From positions 896,001 to 960,000 of the forward strand of contig OY761611.1 in assembly GCA_963664875.1 (NCBI GenBank): a DNA stretch of 64,000 nt, in the 5' to 3' direction. The translations under genes and the position numbers were made by a program. Of this stretch, positions 59,464-64,000 are shown one piece after another (position 1 is the stretch's first letter; each line of letters opens with the position of its first letter). The notes beneath the pieces are model-generated. The model saw only the letters and a program-made list of their open reading frames with translations, had not been told where the DNA came from and made no database searches. Origin of the DNA: Candidatus Kapaibacterium sp. (GTDB taxonomy: Bacteria; Bacteroidota; Ignavibacteria; Kapaibacteriales; UBA2268).

Positions 59464-59501
59464 AAAAAAAAGCGAATCTTGAATAAGGTTCGCTTTTTTT
59501 T
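59464..59501. terminator. bidirectional terminator
   Basis: A8-gcgaatctt-gaat-aaggttcgc-T8. Confidence 0.85.
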
Positions 59502-59621
59502 CAATCTTTTATATTGACCGGCAAATTCACCCATAAGTTATGAGTGAAATGCCATCTCTTATTATTATCTTTAAAAACTTTGTTACCTCTATGAAATAGG
59601 ATTTGGGTTCCACTCTAAGTT

Positions 59622-60521
59622 TTATTCCGCTACTACGTTCAACTTCTCTAAGATAGCACTACGTACTTCCTCCATATACCACTGCGGAGTAGAAGTAGCC
59701 CCACTGATACCTACCCTTTCCACGCCATCGAACCATGATAAGTCAAGTTCTTCGTGTCTCTCAATAAAATAAGTATTGGGATTTGCATCTTTGCAGACAT
59801 AATACAAGCTCTTTCCATTGCTTGAATTTCTGCCTGCAACAAATATCATAATGTCATGTTCTTTTGCAAACTGAATAAGCGGCTCTTCTCTGCCTGATAC
59901 AAATTTGCAGATTGTGTGCTTTGTGAGGAAATTGCTTTCTTGCAATTCTCCTCCATCAACCAAATCTGTTATTCGCTTCTCCAAAGCATCTTTTATCGCA
60001 TAAAAAGTTGGCTTATCCATAGTGGTCTGCGAAAGCAACACAGTCTTCTTAGAAAAATCAACATTAGTTAGTGCTTCTTCAACAGACTGTACCACAATTG
60101 ACTCATTATTTGATACCCCGAGCAAGCCTTTTACTTCAGGGTGCTGAGGCTTCCCAAAAATGACAATCTGGAAATCATTTTCATGGAATTTTCGTACAGA
60201 TTGCTGTAAAGTCTGCACCAAAGGGCATGTAGCATCTATAATATGAATATTATTTTTGTCGGCTCTCTGATAAGTTGCAGGCGGTTCGCCATGGGCTCGG
60301 ATAATAACATTCGCATCTTTTGGAAGATTCTCAAAATCGTCGTGATCTATTGTTTTTAGACCTTTATCCGCAAGCCTTTTCACTTCCATCGGATTATGGA
60401 TTATTTCGCCCAATATATAAGTAGGAGTATTGGGATTTTTTTCAATAGTTTCCTCTACTATATCAATAGTACGAACCACTCCCCAACAAAAACCGGAAGA
60501 GTTATCTATATTTATCTGCAT
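59622..60521 (-). CDS. ispH: 4-hydroxy-3-methylbut-2-enyl diphosphate reductase
   Basis: GFCWGV, IIHN, RAHG, DATCP, QTT, TIC, SSN, GATSTP. Confidence 0.95.
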   Translation of the reverse strand: MQINIDNSSGFCWGVVRTIDIVEETIEKNPNTPTYILGEIIHNPMEVKRLADKGLKTIDHDDFENLPKDANVIIRAHGEPPATYQRADKNNIHIIDATCPLVQTLQQSVRKFHENDFQIVIFGKPQHPEVKGLLGVSNNESIVVQSVEEALTNVDFSKKTVLLSQTTMDKPTFYAIKDALEKRITDLVDGGELQESNFLTKHTICKFVSGREEPLIQFAKEHDIMIFVAGRNSSNGKSLYYVCKDANPNTYFIERHEELDLSWFDGVERVGISGATSTPQWYMEEVRSAILEKLNVVAE

Positions 60522-60581
60522 TTATTTCTCAATATTATTAGACTATACAAAACTATATATTAGGCATAACGAATAATAGGA

Positions 60582-61256
60582 TTATAAATTATGCAATTTT
60601 GTTTGTACTAAATTATAAATTGTTTCGACCTGCTGCTCTATAGTCATTAGCGAAGTGTCAATTTCTATAGCATCTTCAGCTTTCATAAGAGGGCTATGCT
60701 CTCTTGTACTGTCAAAGTTATCTCTATCTGATATCTGTTGCTTGATCTCATCAAAATTTGCTTCCATGCCTTTTGCAAGCATCTCTTTAGTTCGTCTTTC
60801 CGCTCTTGCCTCTATAGTTGCATTTAAGAAAACCTTCAACTCAGCATTTGGAAATACAGCAGTACCAATATCGCGGCCATCCATTACTACTCCGCCCTTG
60901 TAACCCATTTCCCTTTGCAATGCTACCATAGTCTCTCTTACGTAGGGCAATGCACTGACAGGCGAAACTGCTTTAGTAACTTCAGTTGTCCTAATAGCGT
61001 CACTTACATCTTCCCCATCGAGATATGTTAGCTGGCCTCTACCTTCATTGATAAGTTCAATTTTTACACTGTCTATCAATGTTTTGGCATTTTCAGGACT
61101 TATAGGCAAGCCTGATTTAAGCCATGCCAAAGTTACTGCACGGTACATTGCTCCTGTGTCTATATATATATATCCGAGCTTTTCAGCAAGAATTTTTGCT
61201 GTGGTTGTTTTTCCTGAACCTGCCGGTCCATCGAGAGCGATTATTATTTTTTTCAT
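60582..61256 (-). CDS. cmk: cytidylate kinase
   Basis: DGPAGSGKTT, DTGAMYRA, DGRDIGT. Confidence 0.96.
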   Translation of the reverse strand: MKKIIIALDGPAGSGKTTTAKILAEKLGYIYIDTGAMYRAVTLAWLKSGLPISPENAKTLIDSVKIELINEGRGQLTYLDGEDVSDAIRTTEVTKAVSPVSALPYVRETMVALQREMGYKGGVVMDGRDIGTAVFPNAELKVFLNATIEARAERRTKEMLAKGMEANFDEIKQQISDRDNFDSTREHSPLMKAEDAIEIDTSLMTIEQQVETIYNLVQTKLHNL

Positions 61257-61258
61257 CT

Positions 61259-61963
61259 CTATTCAAATAAATTGAAAAAACTATTTTCTACAGATTTATA
61301 ATCTGAAAAATCATTGTATATCAAATCAGGGGAATCACTTTGCAACTCTTCGTAGCTGTATCTGCCGGTACAAACTGCAACTGATTTAATATCATTATAT
61401 TTTGCACACTCAATATCTCGCAAAGTATCTCCGATTATAAGAGTGTTTGCAGAGTTGAAAATTTCAGAATTGTGATACACATTTGCCTTATTTATGGCGA
61501 TTGGTGGTAAATAATTCCTATTTTCATGGTCATCTCCAAATGCACCGAAATGGAAGAGACTATGTAAATCATGTGCTTTCAGTTTCAAATAGGCATTTGC
61601 ACGAAAGTTACCGGTAATCAACCCCAATTCAACATCATTTCTTTGTAGCAATGATTTCAGTAAGTTATCTACTCCGGGGAGCAAGTCTATATAATCAGGA
61701 GTAGAATATCTCTCAAATTTTCTAAGAATAGCATCCCATACCTGAGGAAGTTTCGATTTTAATTCTACAAAGTTGACGCCTCGGTTTTCAGCCATTTTTC
61801 TCAGAATATATAAATCAGTTCTACCGTTGAAATCAGGCAGATGTGATTCGTCAAATTCTTCACCGAAAACTTCAGTCATAAGTTCAATAAACAATGATTT
61901 GGCTACACCATGCTGAAAATTCAGAATAGTTCCGTCTATATCAAAAAGGAATAAATACTTCAT
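61259..61963 (-). CDS. HAD-family hydrolase
   Basis: FDIDGT, TGN, IGDTLRD. Confidence 0.9.
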   Translation of the reverse strand: MKYLFLFDIDGTILNFQHGVAKSLFIELMTEVFGEEFDESHLPDFNGRTDLYILRKMAENRGVNFVELKSKLPQVWDAILRKFERYSTPDYIDLLPGVDNLLKSLLQRNDVELGLITGNFRANAYLKLKAHDLHSLFHFGAFGDDHENRNYLPPIAINKANVYHNSEIFNSANTLIIGDTLRDIECAKYNDIKSVAVCTGRYSYEELQSDSPDLIYNDFSDYKSVENSFFNLFE

Positions 61964-61972
61964 ATCAAACTT

Positions 61973-62428
61973 TTAAAATGGTACTTCATCGCTAAAATCA
62001 TCTTCGCCGAGTACATGCTCAGAAAGATTAGGACCGATAGTACTTGCCTGTTCAGAAGTATCGGCAGGAGCATAATTACCACTTCCACCCTGATAATTGC
62101 CGGATGGTAGCAATACCATATTATTTACGAAGACCTCTGTCATATATCGGGTGATACCGTCTTTTTCGTAGCTTCGAGTTTTAAGTTTACCTTCAAGATA
62201 TACTTTGCTGCCTTTTTTCAGATATTGTCCGGCTACTTCGCCCAATCTGTTCCAAATGACAATATTATGCCAGTCGGTAACCTCTTGCCATGTGTCGTTT
62301 TTGTCTTTATATGTTTCAGTAGTCGCAAGTGAAAAGTTGCAAACTGTAGCACCTGATGGAGTTGTGCGAACTTCAGGGTCTTTTCCAAGGTTGCCTATAA
62401 GGGTAACTCTGTTTAAACTTTTTGCCAT
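61973..62428 (-). CDS. ssb: single-stranded DNA-binding protein
   Basis: LNRVTLIGNLGKDPE, WHNIV, acidic DEVPF tail. Confidence 0.96.
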   Translation of the reverse strand: MAKSLNRVTLIGNLGKDPEVRTTPSGATVCNFSLATTETYKDKNDTWQEVTDWHNIVIWNRLGEVAGQYLKKGSKVYLEGKLKTRSYEKDGITRYMTEVFVNNMVLLPSGNYQGGSGNYAPADTSEQASTIGPNLSEHVLGEDDFSDEVPF

Positions 62429-62492
62429 TATTTTATCTCCTTTATGTTACTCAGATGATTTCTAAAAGTATTTATATTATTATTATTGTACT

Positions 62493-63293
62493 CTAATAGT
62501 AAATTAGCTGAAAGCCGTAGCCGAAATAAGAATCTTTCGTATTGTAAAACATTCCGTGCATACTATTACCATGATAAGAGTAAATTCCTGTAAAAATCCC
62601 GAAATGGTTTGATATTTTGGCTATTACTCCGGCTTGCGAAGAATGAATGGCAGAAGCAACTCCGTTTTGACCGTCGAGTTTCAAATCATAGCCAATTACA
62701 AAATCAAATATACTGCTGATTGGCTTTTGCCAATCAAAACCAATTTGTGGTATCACTTTGTTTATATCTTCAGGCTGATAGGAAAATACAAATGTAGCAC
62801 CGATATATGGTCTAAGACCAGAATAATCCATAGCTAAAACTATATCAAGAAATTCTCTGCTGTAAACAAAAGGTTCCTGAAAGAAAACACTCTTATCTGA
62901 ATACCCGTCAACAAGATGCGAAGAAATATGCGAAAGTCTCGCCCTTCCCTCTAAAGCTATTGATTCGAGCTCTAATCGACATGAATAATTCAATCCGAAA
63001 AAGTAATCAGATGTTTCCACCGGAAACTTGAAACGCCCTTCTGACCTTAGTCTTGTATAAGTAAAAAAATCCGCACCTAATGCCGATTTGAATTTACTTA
63101 ATGTATCTTCAGTTCCAAACCTTACCATATCGAAAGATGCCCCTATATCAAGTCGAAGTCTGTCATCTTCTTCTTCATAAACTGTACCTATCCTTGGTTC
63201 GAATGGATTGGCGGTCAATGGTTTGAATAAAAGCTCTGTGGCATCAGCCTTATAAATGCAAAGTAGAAATAAAAGATAAAATAAGCGTTTCAT
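62493..63293 (-). CDS. outer membrane protein, DUF1207-like
   Basis: FKPLTANPFEPR, HISSHLVDG, YSRE, aromatic C-terminal beta strand. Confidence 0.7.
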   Translation of the reverse strand: MKRLFYLLFLLCIYKADATELLFKPLTANPFEPRIGTVYEEEDDRLRLDIGASFDMVRFGTEDTLSKFKSALGADFFTYTRLRSEGRFKFPVETSDYFFGLNYSCRLELESIALEGRARLSHISSHLVDGYSDKSVFFQEPFVYSREFLDIVLAMDYSGLRPYIGATFVFSYQPEDINKVIPQIGFDWQKPISSIFDFVIGYDLKLDGQNGVASAIHSSQAGVIAKISNHFGIFTGIYSYHGNSMHGMFYNTKDSYFGYGFQLIYY

Positions 63294-63313
63294 AACAATT
63301 CCATACTCTCCAT

Positions 63314-63336
63314 AAAAAAAGCCGCTCAGCGGCTTT
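63314..63336 (-). terminator. terminator after the sugar transferase gene
   Basis: Minus strand aaagccgc-tga-gcggcttttttt. Confidence 0.7.
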
Positions 63337-63362
63337 GATTTATCTAATATATAAGCATTTTC

Positions 63363-64000
63363 TTAATATCCGCTATTACCGGTAATTATTACACTAATTG
63401 TTCGAACAAAAATGTAAAAATCAAGGAACATAGACCAGTTACGAATATAATAAACATCTGTCAGATTTCTTTCTTCAAATGAGCTGGCATTTCTATCCGT
63501 TACCTGCCACAAGCCGCTAATACCGGGTTTAACTTTCAAAATGATCTCATCATGACCATTCATTTTCTCTTTTTCCCAAGGCATATAAGCTCGAGGTCCG
63601 ATTAGGCTCATCTCACCTCTGATTACGTTTATAAATTGAGGAAGTTCGTCTAAACTGAATTTTCTCAGAATTTTGCCTACTCTTGTTAATCTTGGATCGT
63701 CTTTAAGCTTATGATAAATTTCGTATTCCATTTTCAAAGCGGGATTTTTGTCAAGCAAATCTGCCAATCTTTGCTCTGCATCAATGTGCATTGTCCTAAA
63801 TTTAACAATTTTGAACCTTGTATCATCTTTGCCCATTCTTTCTTGTTTAAAGAAAATATTTCCTTTGGAATCAAGCCAAATCATAATGGAAATGAATAGA
63901 ATCAAAGGAGATACTGCCAAACAAAGGACACCGGCAAATGTAAGGTCAAACAACCTTTTCGCCATCAAGGCAGATTTTCTGAGTAGCTTTTGCTGTACTT
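63363..64000 (-). CDS. undecaprenyl-phosphate sugar phosphotransferase (WbaP/WcaJ family), 5' partial
   Basis: KRLFD, KFRTM, DPRLT, SLDELPQ, GEMSLIGPR, KPGISGLWQV; frame open to window end. Confidence 0.92.
   Translation of the reverse strand, partial: VQQKLLRKSALMAKRLFDLTFAGVLCLAVSPLILFISIMIWLDSKGNIFFKQERMGKDDTRFKIVKFRTMHIDAEQRLADLLDKNPALKMEYEIYHKLKDDPRLTRVGKILRKFSLDELPQFINVIRGEMSLIGPRAYMPWEKEKMNGHDEIILKVKPGISGLWQVTDRNASSFEERNLTDVYYIRNWSMFLDFYIFVRTISVIITGNSGY

Overview
AT-rich bacterial chromosomal window. T9SS-type C-terminal sorting domains and TAnnTTTG -7 promoter boxes suggest a Bacteroidota/Chlorobiota-related organism, possibly Kapabacteria- or Ignavibacteria-like (inference). Housekeeping genes include mutS2, gmk, aroB, aroD, ispH, cmk, ssb, a TolC/MacAB-type exporter, LptF/G and YfhO. 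There is also an anaerobic energy block: rex plus a trimeric [FeFe]-hydrogenase, facing hdrCBA-flxDCBA. Less ordinary elements: (1) five 1467-1469 bp tandem units, each encoding a BNR beta-propeller/T9SS cargo protein with near-identical ends, a patchwork-variable core, a hairpin before the RBS and, in most copies, a spare in-frame T9SS tail behind the amber stop; (2) five identical tandem tRNA-Asp genes; (3) a 2.6 kb integrase-less islet of immunity-like lipoprotein genes bounded by a 61-bp duplication of the flxA 3' end with only synonymous differences; (4) a divergent GldL/GldM-like pair without gldK/gldN; (5) a chorismate mutase fused to an apparently dead DAHP-synthase barrel; (6) two long GU-containing hairpins after the hydrogenase operon. 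All calls come from reading the sequence; no searches were run.
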